From the NCBI GenBank assembly GCA_036171595.1, contig JAVHRJ010000432.1:7453-31452 (forward strand): DNA of 24,000 nt, given 5' to 3'. Origin of the DNA: Bacteroidales bacterium (GTDB lineage Bacteria > Bacteroidota > Bacteroidia > Bacteroidales > GWA2-32-17). Positions 1 to 7,580 of the stretch are shown in pieces (the first letter of the stretch is position 1; each line of letters opens with the position of its first letter). Made by a program: the position numbers and the translations under genes. The notes under the pieces were generated by a model that saw nothing but the letters and a program-made list of their open reading frames with translations, was not told where the DNA came from and did no database searches.

Positions 1-1808
1 AGCCATCGGAAAAAGATATTGAGAAAGCCAAACAACAGCGAGATTCTGTTGAGCAAATAATAAGTGACTCATTAAAAACTGTTGCACTACAACAATCAAC
101 AGCAAGCAACTCAATGCCAACTCTTTCCACATCAGATTCAACAAACCAAATTGTGCCAGATTCAATTAAAGAACTAAAAAACATAGAATTATATGGCGGT
201 TTTAGTAAAGCAGTTGAAGGCAATCAAAAGTTTATTACTTTAGAAAACAATAAATTAAAAATAAAATTTTCGACTTTAGGTGGTCGTCCATATTCTGTTC
301 AATTAAAAGAATACCAAACATTCGATTCTCTCCCATTAATACTTTTTGATGGCGATTCAACTGTATTTGGATTAAACTTCTTTTCGCAAAACAAAAGCAT
401 TTCAACAAACAACCTTTATTTCGAAGCAATATCAACAGATTCGACTTTAAATGCTGACAAAAAATCACAGCACCTTACCATGCATTTGAATGCAGGCGAT
501 GGTCAATATTTAGAATTTGTTTACGAACTAGCTCCAAATTCTTATAAAATGAACTTCAGAATTAATACAATTGGTTTTGATAAAGTAATTACAAATAATG
601 CCAATTATATGACATTAAATTGGGATATATTAGCACGTCAGCAAGAAAAGGGAAAAGACTTTGAAAATCAATATACCACAGTTTATTATAAATATACAGA
701 CGATGAAGTTGATTATTTAAATGAATCAAAAGACGGAAAAGAGGATTTACGCACAAAAATAAAATGGATTGCATTTAAACAACAATTTTTTAGTGCTGTA
801 ATTGTTGCCAACGATGCCTTTTTAAGCGGAACAGTTATTTCAAATAAATATATTGGTTCTCAAAAAAGACTTTTAAAAACCTTTAAAACTGAACTTACCA
901 TTCCATTCGATAGAAAATCAAGCGAATCACGCGATTTAACTTTTTATTTCGGGCCAAATCATTATAATACTCTTTCAAAACAAGACATTCCTGATCTCGA
1001 AAAACTTGTTCCACTTGGCTGGGGAATTTTTGGCTGGATAAATCGTTTTGTAGTAATTCCAATATTTAACTTTTTAGGAGGGTTTATTGCAAGTTATGGA
1101 CTTATAATACTTCTACTTACTTTAATTATTAAATTAGTTTTATTTCCTCTAACATACAAATCATACCTTTCTACTGCAAAAATGAAAGTGTTAAAACCTC
1201 AAATTGACGAAATACACGCTAAAATACCAAAAGAAAAAACTATGGAACGCCAACAAGCAACAATGGCTTTATACAAAAAAGTTGGTGTTAACCCATTAGG
1301 GGGATGTTTGCCAATGGCACTTCAAATGCCAATTTTGTTTGCAATGTTTAGGTTTTTTCCAGCATCAATAGAGTTACGTCAAAAAAGTTTTTTATGGGCA
1401 ACCGACTTATCTTCTTATGATTCAATTTGGAACTTTGGTTACAATATTCCATTTTATGGCGACCATATGAGTTTATTTTGCTTACTAATGACAGCAAGTA
1501 CAATAATTTACACATACCAACAAAACAAAATGAACCCACAAAGCTCAACAGTTCCTGGCATGAAAGTTATGATGTACCTTATGCCAGTTATGTTTTTATT
1601 TATGTTTAACAACTACGCATCTGGTTTAAGTTACTATTATCTTTTAGCTAACTTATTTACATTTGCTCAAATGTTTTTAATACGTCGTTTTGTTGACGAA
1701 AAAGCAATACTTGCAAAGCTTAACGAAAATAAAAAGAAACCTGTAACAAAAAGTAAATTTCAAGAAAGATTAGAGCTGATGGCAAAACAAAGACAACAAA
1801 AAAAATAA
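1..1808 (+). CDS. yidC: Membrane protein insertase YidC (long Bacteroidota-type form), 5'-partial at window edge
   Basis: The ORF track lists 114..1808, but the same frame is open with no stop from nt 3 (PSEKDIEKAKQQRDSVEQ...), so the real start lies upstream of the window. A large periplasmic N-domain is followed by the YidC/Oxa1 core (KMKVLKPQIDEIHAKIPKEK...QQATMALYKKVGVNPLGGCLPMALQMPILFAMFRFF) and a basic K/R/Q-rich tail. Confidence 0.9.
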   Translation, partial: PSEKDIEKAKQQRDSVEQIISDSLKTVALQQSTASNSMPTLSTSDSTNQIVPDSIKELKNIELYGGFSKAVEGNQKFITLENNKLKIKFSTLGGRPYSVQLKEYQTFDSLPLILFDGDSTVFGLNFFSQNKSISTNNLYFEAISTDSTLNADKKSQHLTMHLNAGDGQYLEFVYELAPNSYKMNFRINTIGFDKVITNNANYMTLNWDILARQQEKGKDFENQYTTVYYKYTDDEVDYLNESKDGKEDLRTKIKWIAFKQQFFSAVIVANDAFLSGTVISNKYIGSQKRLLKTFKTELTIPFDRKSSESRDLTFYFGPNHYNTLSKQDIPDLEKLVPLGWGIFGWINRFVVIPIFNFLGGFIASYGLIILLLTLIIKLVLFPLTYKSYLSTAKMKVLKPQIDEIHAKIPKEKTMERQQATMALYKKVGVNPLGGCLPMALQMPILFAMFRFFPASIELRQKSFLWATDLSSYDSIWNFGYNIPFYGDHMSLFCLLMTASTIIYTYQQNKMNPQSSTVPGMKVMMYLMPVMFLFMFNNYASGLSYYYLLANLFTFAQMFLIRRFVDEKAILAKLNENKKKPVTKSKFQERLELMAKQRQQKK

Positions 1809-1890
1809 AATTTTAAAAATGTTCTTTGTTTTTGTTCGTTGCTTATTGTTTTTTAATAATTATTATTTGTTTAATTATAATTTGCAATAA

Positions 1891-2673
1891 ATGAGTTTTT
1901 GGAAAGAATTTGGCATTGGGTTCAAAACTTTTTTTGAAGCAATAGGCTTTGTATTTTCAAATGGACTATGGTGGACTTTATTATTTCCAATAGCTTTTAA
2001 TTTTCTGCTTTTATGGGGCGGAACGGAACTAGCTGATTTGTACAATAACAAATTACAATTATGGTTATTAAATCTAGCAAATCTCGATTCAACATCATGG
2101 TATGCTGGCATTATTAAAGGGTTTATTAGTGGATTTATTTGGGTTATTGTAAAAATTATTTTCTTTTCAATATTTACTTATTTTGGAGGGTATATAATAT
2201 TAATTTTCATGTCGCCTATTTTTGCCTATTTATCAGAAAAAACAGAAAAAATAATAACTGGCAAAACATATCCTTTTAATGGCGAACAATGGATGCGTGA
2301 TATGTCACGTGGAATTTTAATAACACTACGCAACATATTTTACGAACTTGCAATAATTATATTAATTTTTGTGTTCTCGTTTATACCAATAATTGGATGG
2401 ATAATAGCATTATTAAGCACATTTATATTATTTTTTGTTTCTGCATATTTTTATGGTTTTTCATTTATAGATTATTCATCTGAAAGAAGAAAACTAAATA
2501 TTGGGCAAAGTGTTAAATTTGTTAGAAAAAACAAAGGCATTGCAATTTCTAGTGGATTAATATTCGCATTATCGATGATAGTTCCATTTTGTGGAACATT
2601 TATAGCACCATTTGTTAGTATATTTTCGGTAGTAGGTACCACTATTGCAATTCAAAAAACGGAGAACAAATAA
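1891..2673 (+). CDS. Multi-pass inner-membrane protein, EI24/CysZ-like (tentative)
   Basis: 260-aa ORF with an ATG start and 4-6 strongly hydrophobic segments. The N-terminal pattern (FWKEFGIGFKTFFEAIGFVFSNGLWW) and overall layout resemble EI24/CysZ-type proteins common in Bacteroidota. The family assignment is from memory only. Confidence 0.5.
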   Translation: MSFWKEFGIGFKTFFEAIGFVFSNGLWWTLLFPIAFNFLLLWGGTELADLYNNKLQLWLLNLANLDSTSWYAGIIKGFISGFIWVIVKIIFFSIFTYFGGYIILIFMSPIFAYLSEKTEKIITGKTYPFNGEQWMRDMSRGILITLRNIFYELAIIILIFVFSFIPIIGWIIALLSTFILFFVSAYFYGFSFIDYSSERRKLNIGQSVKFVRKNKGIAISSGLIFALSMIVPFCGTFIAPFVSIFSVVGTTIAIQKTENK

Positions 2674-2674
2674 A

Positions 2675-3418
2675 ATGATTAAAATATCAGCTGTTTCATA
2701 CTTAAATACTGTTCCTTTTATTTATGGATTAGAGAATTCGGGATTTTTAAAACCATCGGAATATTCACTTTCACGCGATATACCTTCCAATTGTGCAAAA
2801 AAACTCGAAAACAACGAAGCCGATATTGTACTTGTTCCAGTAGCAGCAATTGCCGAAATGAAAAACATTAATATTATTTCCAATTATTGCATTGGTGCAA
2901 ACCGAAATGTTTTATCAGTATTATTAGTTTCGCAAAAACCATTATCTGAATTGCAAAATATATATCTCGATTACCAATCACGTAGTTCAGTAAATTTAGT
3001 TAAAGTTCTTTCTAAAAATTATTGGAAAAAAGATTTCAAATGGCTTAAATCAACTGATGGTTACGAAAATAAAATTGAAGAAACCACTGGTGGTGTAATA
3101 ATTGGTGATAGAGCTTTAGAGCTATCAAAAAACTATAAGTATAAATACGATTTAGCTACCGAATGGAACAATTTTACAAATTTACCTTTCGTATTTGCCT
3201 GTTGGGTTAGTAAATCAAAGATTAATACCGATTTCATAAACAAATTTAACAAATCGCTAGAATGGGGAATTAGTCAAATTAATAATATCGAACCAAATTA
3301 TCCGAATTTATCAGTCGAGTTTGTTCGTAATTACTATAAATTAAATATCGATTACAATTTTGATAGAAAAAAATACGATGGCATGAATCTGTTTTTCAAG
3401 TATTTAAAAGAACTTTAA
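2675..3418 (+). CDS. mqnA: Chorismate dehydratase MqnA (futalosine-pathway menaquinone biosynthesis)
   Basis: The N-terminus MIKISAVSYLNTVPFIYGLE plus ADIVLVPVAAIAEM and IGDRALE are typical of the MqnA/VitK2_biosynth family. I place the start at ATG 2675, 1 nt after the upstream stop. The track start at 2645 is a TTG inside the upstream gene. Confidence 0.8.
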   Translation: MIKISAVSYLNTVPFIYGLENSGFLKPSEYSLSRDIPSNCAKKLENNEADIVLVPVAAIAEMKNINIISNYCIGANRNVLSVLLVSQKPLSELQNIYLDYQSRSSVNLVKVLSKNYWKKDFKWLKSTDGYENKIEETTGGVIIGDRALELSKNYKYKYDLATEWNNFTNLPFVFACWVSKSKINTDFINKFNKSLEWGISQINNIEPNYPNLSVEFVRNYYKLNIDYNFDRKKYDGMNLFFKYLKEL

Positions 3419-3517
3419 AAAATTTATGCTTATCTAAATAAATTTTTGACAAATAATTTCATTTTTATTACGGCATTAACTATCTTTCAGCCCAATAACT
3501 GAATTAATTAATTAATT

Positions 3518-5161
3518 ATGAATAAACATATTATCGCAGTAAGTTTTATTACAATTATTTGTTTTTCACATACAATACAACTTTTTGCACAAAAAGATGA
3601 CGAAAAAGAAAATTTAAAAGTTAAAATGGCTCAAGCATGGTTGCTATACAATGATGACGACTATAATGGAGCATTAAGAATTTATCGCGATCTTTATAAA
3701 CATTATCCCGAAAACACACAATTAAACTTTAGAATGGGTCAATGTTTTGTCGAAACAAATAAAATGGATAGTGCTTTAGGACATTTAAATATTGCAATTC
3801 AAGACACTACAATTAAAAGCGAAGCATACTTTTTATCTGGAAAAGCATATCAATATATGGGCGAATTAGATAAAGCTATTGAAAATTTTTATAAATATAA
3901 AAGTAAACTTACCCCTAAACAAAACGAACGCGACTATGTAAATGTTCTACTTCAACAATGTTTAACGGCTAAAGATTATATCTCAAACCCTGTAAATGTT
4001 AAAATTACTAATCTCGGAACTAATATAAATACTAAATATGTTGATGCTTGCCCATCAATTACTGCTGATGGAAAAACATTAATTTTCACTTCACGCCGTC
4101 CCGAAAATACTGGAGGTAAAATAGATTTTTACTCTGAAGACTATTTTGACGATATTTATATATCAACTTACAGTGAAGAGACTAAAGAATGGTCGCTTGC
4201 GAAAAATATTGGCCCGCCAATTAACACTGCCGCACACGATGCAAATATGAGTATTTCGCCCGATGGAAGCACAATTTTTATTTATAAAAATGTTGAAAAT
4301 GTAACAAAAAGTGGCGATATATATTATTCAACAAAAAAACCAACAGGCGAATGGGGCGAACCACGTGCATTAGAAGGAAAATATACAAACTCAACTTATT
4401 TCGAAAGTTCAGCATGTATTACTCCCGATGGAAATACAATCTATTTTATTAGCGAACGCGAAAAAGAAGGATTTGGTCATGGCGATGTTTATATGGTAAA
4501 AAAAGAAGGCAAAGAATGGGGTAAACCTACAAACCTTGGTTCTCCAATTAATACACCTTATGATGAAATTGGAGTTTATATTCATCCCGATGGTAAAACC
4601 TTGTTTTTTAGTTCAAATGGACATAATACAATGGGCGGATATGATATTTTTATGAGTGCTTTAGACGATAACGGAAAATGGTCTGAACCAATAAATCTTG
4701 GTTATCCAATTAATACAACACGAAACGAAATTCATTTTGTTTTGGCAACCGACAGAAGAACTGCATACATATCGAGTAATAGAGATGGAGGTAATGGGGC
4801 ATACGATATTTACAATGTTGATATGTCGTATTATTTTAGAACAAATAAGAATATACCTACCAATATAGCTAATTCTGTATCAGGACCACCACTATCAATA
4901 TTAAAAGGAAAAGTTTCAGATGCTGAAACAAATAAACCTATTAAAGCAAATATAATAATAAAAGATATTGCCGACGATAAAACAAACATTACCGAATCAG
5001 ACGAAAATGGAGAATATTTTATTACTTTACCAGCCGATAGGAAATATGAAATAATTGCAAAAGCAAAAACATATAAAACTTTAGATGTAAAATTTAAATT
5101 ACCTAAAGGTGATAGTGATACTTATACACTTACTAAACATTTGCTTTTAAATAAAGAATAA
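3518..5161 (+). CDS. Secreted TPR + PD40 (TolB-like beta-propeller) + CarboxypepD_reg-like domain protein
   Basis: Signal peptide (MNKHIIAVSFITIICFSHTIQLFAQ) and TPR-like helices (residues ~35-150). Repeated PD40 signatures follow (SITADGKTLIFTS, SISPDGSTIFIY, CITPDGNTIYFISE, YIHPDGKTLFFSSN, RRTAYISSNRDGG). The C-terminus is a beta-sandwich (LKGKVSDAETNKPIKANIIIKD...ENGEYFITLPADRKYEI). Confidence 0.75.
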   Translation: MNKHIIAVSFITIICFSHTIQLFAQKDDEKENLKVKMAQAWLLYNDDDYNGALRIYRDLYKHYPENTQLNFRMGQCFVETNKMDSALGHLNIAIQDTTIKSEAYFLSGKAYQYMGELDKAIENFYKYKSKLTPKQNERDYVNVLLQQCLTAKDYISNPVNVKITNLGTNINTKYVDACPSITADGKTLIFTSRRPENTGGKIDFYSEDYFDDIYISTYSEETKEWSLAKNIGPPINTAAHDANMSISPDGSTIFIYKNVENVTKSGDIYYSTKKPTGEWGEPRALEGKYTNSTYFESSACITPDGNTIYFISEREKEGFGHGDVYMVKKEGKEWGKPTNLGSPINTPYDEIGVYIHPDGKTLFFSSNGHNTMGGYDIFMSALDDNGKWSEPINLGYPINTTRNEIHFVLATDRRTAYISSNRDGGNGAYDIYNVDMSYYFRTNKNIPTNIANSVSGPPLSILKGKVSDAETNKPIKANIIIKDIADDKTNITESDENGEYFITLPADRKYEIIAKAKTYKTLDVKFKLPKGDSDTYTLTKHLLLNKE

Positions 5162-5201
5162 AAAATTTAGGTGTTTTTACATCATTTTTTGTTCAAATAA
5201 A

Positions 5202-6608
5202 ATGAAAAGGTTAATTTTTACATTTCAAATTATTGCATTTTGTTTTTATAGCAGTATTGCCATTAATGACTTATATTCCGATAGCTTACAAAAGCCTATT
5301 TTAGTTTATCAGTTTGATATTTTACAAGAAATTGATTTACCTGCTTGGCGACAAACTCAAAAAGCTTTTGAATTTGCAAAAAAATCGAAAGCCGATATAA
5401 TTATAATCCACATGAATACTTATGGCGGGTTAGTTGATGTGGCAGATTCTATTCGCACAAAAATTATTAATAGCACTATTCCTGTTTATGTTTTTATAGA
5501 TAACAATGCAGCTTCTGCTGGAGCTTTAATTTCAATTGCATGCGATAAAATTTTTATGAAAAAGGGAGCAAACATAGGTGCAGCAACAGTTGTAACAAGT
5601 GATGGAAAACCAGCACTTGATAAATATCAAGCATATATGCGTGCAACTATGCGTGCAACAGCCGAATCGCATGGAAAAATTAATGTTATAACAAATGGCG
5701 ATACAATTACGAAATGGTTTCGCGACCCTAAAATAGCAGAAGCAATGGTTGATGAGTCAATTTATATTCAAGGAATTATAGACACGGGTAAAGTTATAAC
5801 ATTTACTACAACAGAAGCCATAAAATATGGATATTGCGAAGGTGAAGCTGAATCTATTGATGAAGCATTAAAACTTACAGGATTAAACAATTACCGAATT
5901 GAAAAATACGAAGCAACAATTACAGAAAAAATTATAGATTTTTTAATAAACCCGATAATTCAAGGATTGTTAATAATGCTAATTATTGGTGGAATATACT
6001 TCGAACTTCAAACTCCTGGAATTGGATTCCCGCTTGTAGCAGCAATTTTTGGAGCAGTTTTATATTTTGCACCACTTTATTTAGAAGGATTAGCCGAAAA
6101 TTGGGAAATTCTAATTTTTGTAGTTGGAGTATTACTATTATTAATCGAGATTTTTGCTATACCAGGTTTTGGAGTAACAGGAATTTTGGGAGTTATTGGA
6201 ATAGTTGTTGGGCTTGCATTAAGTATGGTCGATAATATTGTATTTAGTTTCGAAGGACAAGGTATTCCAGCATTTTTTAAATCTCTATCTATTGTTATAA
6301 TATCGGCTACAACTTCTTTTTTCTTATCGTTATATTTAGGTAAAAAACTCCTTGCTTCAACACGTTTTGGTGAACTTTCGTTAAAAACTGTGCAAAATAT
6401 TAAAGATGGTTATATTGGAGTTGAAATGCAACCATCATTTTTAATTGGCAAACAAGGATTTGCAGCCACAATTCTCCGTCCAAGTGGAAAAGTAGAAATA
6501 GATAACGAAACTTATGATGCAGTTGCTTTAACTGGATACATAGATAAAAATGAAAAAATTGAAGTTATAAAATACGAAACTGGTCAACTATATGTCAGAA
6601 AAAATTAA
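5202..6608 (+). CDS. NfeD family membrane-bound ClpP-class serine protease (long form with C-terminal OB-fold)
   Basis: ClpP-like N-domain (IIIHMNTYGGLVDVADSIRTKI...FIDNNAASAGALISIACDKIFM), a central block of ~4 TM helices, and a C-terminal NfeD OB-fold (GFAATILRPSGKVEIDNETYDAVALTGYIDKNEKIEV). Confidence 0.75.
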   Translation: MKRLIFTFQIIAFCFYSSIAINDLYSDSLQKPILVYQFDILQEIDLPAWRQTQKAFEFAKKSKADIIIIHMNTYGGLVDVADSIRTKIINSTIPVYVFIDNNAASAGALISIACDKIFMKKGANIGAATVVTSDGKPALDKYQAYMRATMRATAESHGKINVITNGDTITKWFRDPKIAEAMVDESIYIQGIIDTGKVITFTTTEAIKYGYCEGEAESIDEALKLTGLNNYRIEKYEATITEKIIDFLINPIIQGLLIMLIIGGIYFELQTPGIGFPLVAAIFGAVLYFAPLYLEGLAENWEILIFVVGVLLLLIEIFAIPGFGVTGILGVIGIVVGLALSMVDNIVFSFEGQGIPAFFKSLSIVIISATTSFFLSLYLGKKLLASTRFGELSLKTVQNIKDGYIGVEMQPSFLIGKQGFAATILRPSGKVEIDNETYDAVALTGYIDKNEKIEVIKYETGQLYVRKN

Positions 6609-7059
6609 CATAAACGATTTTATTATTCGTGATTTTGTTTCATCAGATTTCGAACAAGTTTCAATACTATGGAACGAAACTGATTTAGGAAATACTAAAC
6701 GTGGCGATAATTTGCACATTGTTAATTCGACACTTGCAAATGGTGGGAAATTTATAATTCTTGAATATACAAAACAAAAACTAATTGTTGGCACAGCATG
6801 GCTTACAACCGATTCACGTAGAATATATTTGCATCATTTTGGAATAAAACCTAGTTTTCAAAACAACGGACTATCACATTTACTTTGTAAAGAATGTATT
6901 AAATTTGCTAAAGAAAAAAATATGCAAATAAAACTCGAAGTTCATAAAGACAATTTAATTGCAACCGAACTTTATAAAAAACATGGATTTACATACCTTG
7001 GCGATTACAATATTTATATTATTAGAGATTTAACAAAAATTGAAATAGGAAAAGTTTAA
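6592..7059 (+). CDS. GNAT family N-acetyltransferase
   Basis: 155 aa with a GNAT acetyl-CoA motif region (IYLHHFGIKPSFQNNGLSHLLCKECIKFAKEKN) and the C-terminal NLIATELYKKHGF. The start overlaps the NfeD 3' end by 17 nt. Confidence 0.75.
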   Translation: MSEKININDFIIRDFVSSDFEQVSILWNETDLGNTKRGDNLHIVNSTLANGGKFIILEYTKQKLIVGTAWLTTDSRRIYLHHFGIKPSFQNNGLSHLLCKECIKFAKEKNMQIKLEVHKDNLIATELYKKHGFTYLGDYNIYIIRDLTKIEIGKV

Positions 7060-7103
7060 CCGCAGAGAACCACAAAGAAATTAACGCAAAGAACCGCAGA
7101 GAA
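7058..7103. repeat. Left repeat array: four tandem ~11-nt units AACCRCARAGA
   Basis: Read directly: AACCGCAGAGA (7058-7068), AACCACAAAGA (7069-7079), (AA)TTAACGCAAAGA (7080-7092), AACCGCAGAGA (7093-7103). The array starts inside the GNAT stop codon (TAA 7057-7059). It is the inverted counterpart of 7519-7561. Confidence 0.85.
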
Positions 7104-7140
7104 TTATTTTAAATTTAAAATATTTTTAACTTAATAAATT

Positions 7141-7518
7141 ATGCATGAAAATGAAATTTCAGAAAAAATCATTGGATGTGCAATTAATGTGCATAAAGCC
7201 CTTGGACCTGGGCTATTAGAAAGTGCTTACGAAGAGTGTCTATTTTATGAAATAAATCAAATTGGCTTAAAAGTTGAAAAACAAAGAGCGCTACCACTTT
7301 GTTATAAAGAAGTAAAATTAGATATAGGCTATAGATTAGATTTACTTGTAGAAAATAAGGTGATTATTGAAATAAAAGCCGTTGAAGCATTAAATGACAT
7401 TCATAAAGCACAGGTTTTAACTTATTTAAAAATATCAGGTTGTAAATTGGGATTATTAATAAATTTTAATGTTCTAAAGGTTAAAGATGGAATAAAACGT
7501 TTAGTTAATAATATATAA
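7141..7518 (+). CDS. GxxExxY protein (small PD-(D/E)XK nuclease-superfamily protein)
   Basis: 125 aa with the family-defining motif GPGLLESAYEECL (G-x-x-E-x-x-Y). The D/E-x-K-like core is DLLVENKVIIEIKA. The tail KAQVLTYLKISGCKLGLLINF is also typical of this family. Confidence 0.85.
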   Translation: MHENEISEKIIGCAINVHKALGPGLLESAYEECLFYEINQIGLKVEKQRALPLCYKEVKLDIGYRLDLLVENKVIIEIKAVEALNDIHKAQVLTYLKISGCKLGLLINFNVLKVKDGIKRLVNNI

Positions 7519-7561
7519 TCTCTGTGACTCTCTGCGAAAAACTTTGCGTAACTTTGCGGTT
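7519..7561. repeat. Right repeat array: four units in reverse-complement orientation to 7058-7103
   Basis: Read directly: TCTCTGTGAC (7519-7528), TCTCTGCGAAAAA (7529-7541), CTTTGCGTAA (7542-7551), CTTTGCGGTT (7552-7561). The array begins 1 nt after the GxxExxY stop (TAA 7516-7518). Confidence 0.85.
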
Positions 7562-7580
7562 AATAATATAGAATTAAAAT

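Noticed and set aside
1879-1887. TATAATTTG upstream of the EI24-like gene as a TAnnTTTG promoter
   Set aside because: The spacing is off by one (TA-n3-TTTG) and the motif ends only 3 nt before the ATG, too close to serve as a -7 box for that start.
2645-2674. N-terminal extension of the mqnA ORF (track start 2645, MQFKKRRTNK...)
   Set aside because: The codon at 2645 is TTG and lies inside the 3' end of the upstream gene. The ATG at 2675 gives the conserved MqnA N-terminus (MIKISAVSYLNT) and sits immediately after the upstream stop.
3418-3447. Perfect 10-bp inverted repeat AAAAATTTAT...ATAAATTTTT (10-nt loop) immediately after the mqnA stop, a possible terminator
   Set aside because: The stem is A/T-only with a large loop, so it would be very weak thermodynamically. 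Such palindromes are expected by chance in DNA this AT-rich, so I do not report it as a terminator feature.
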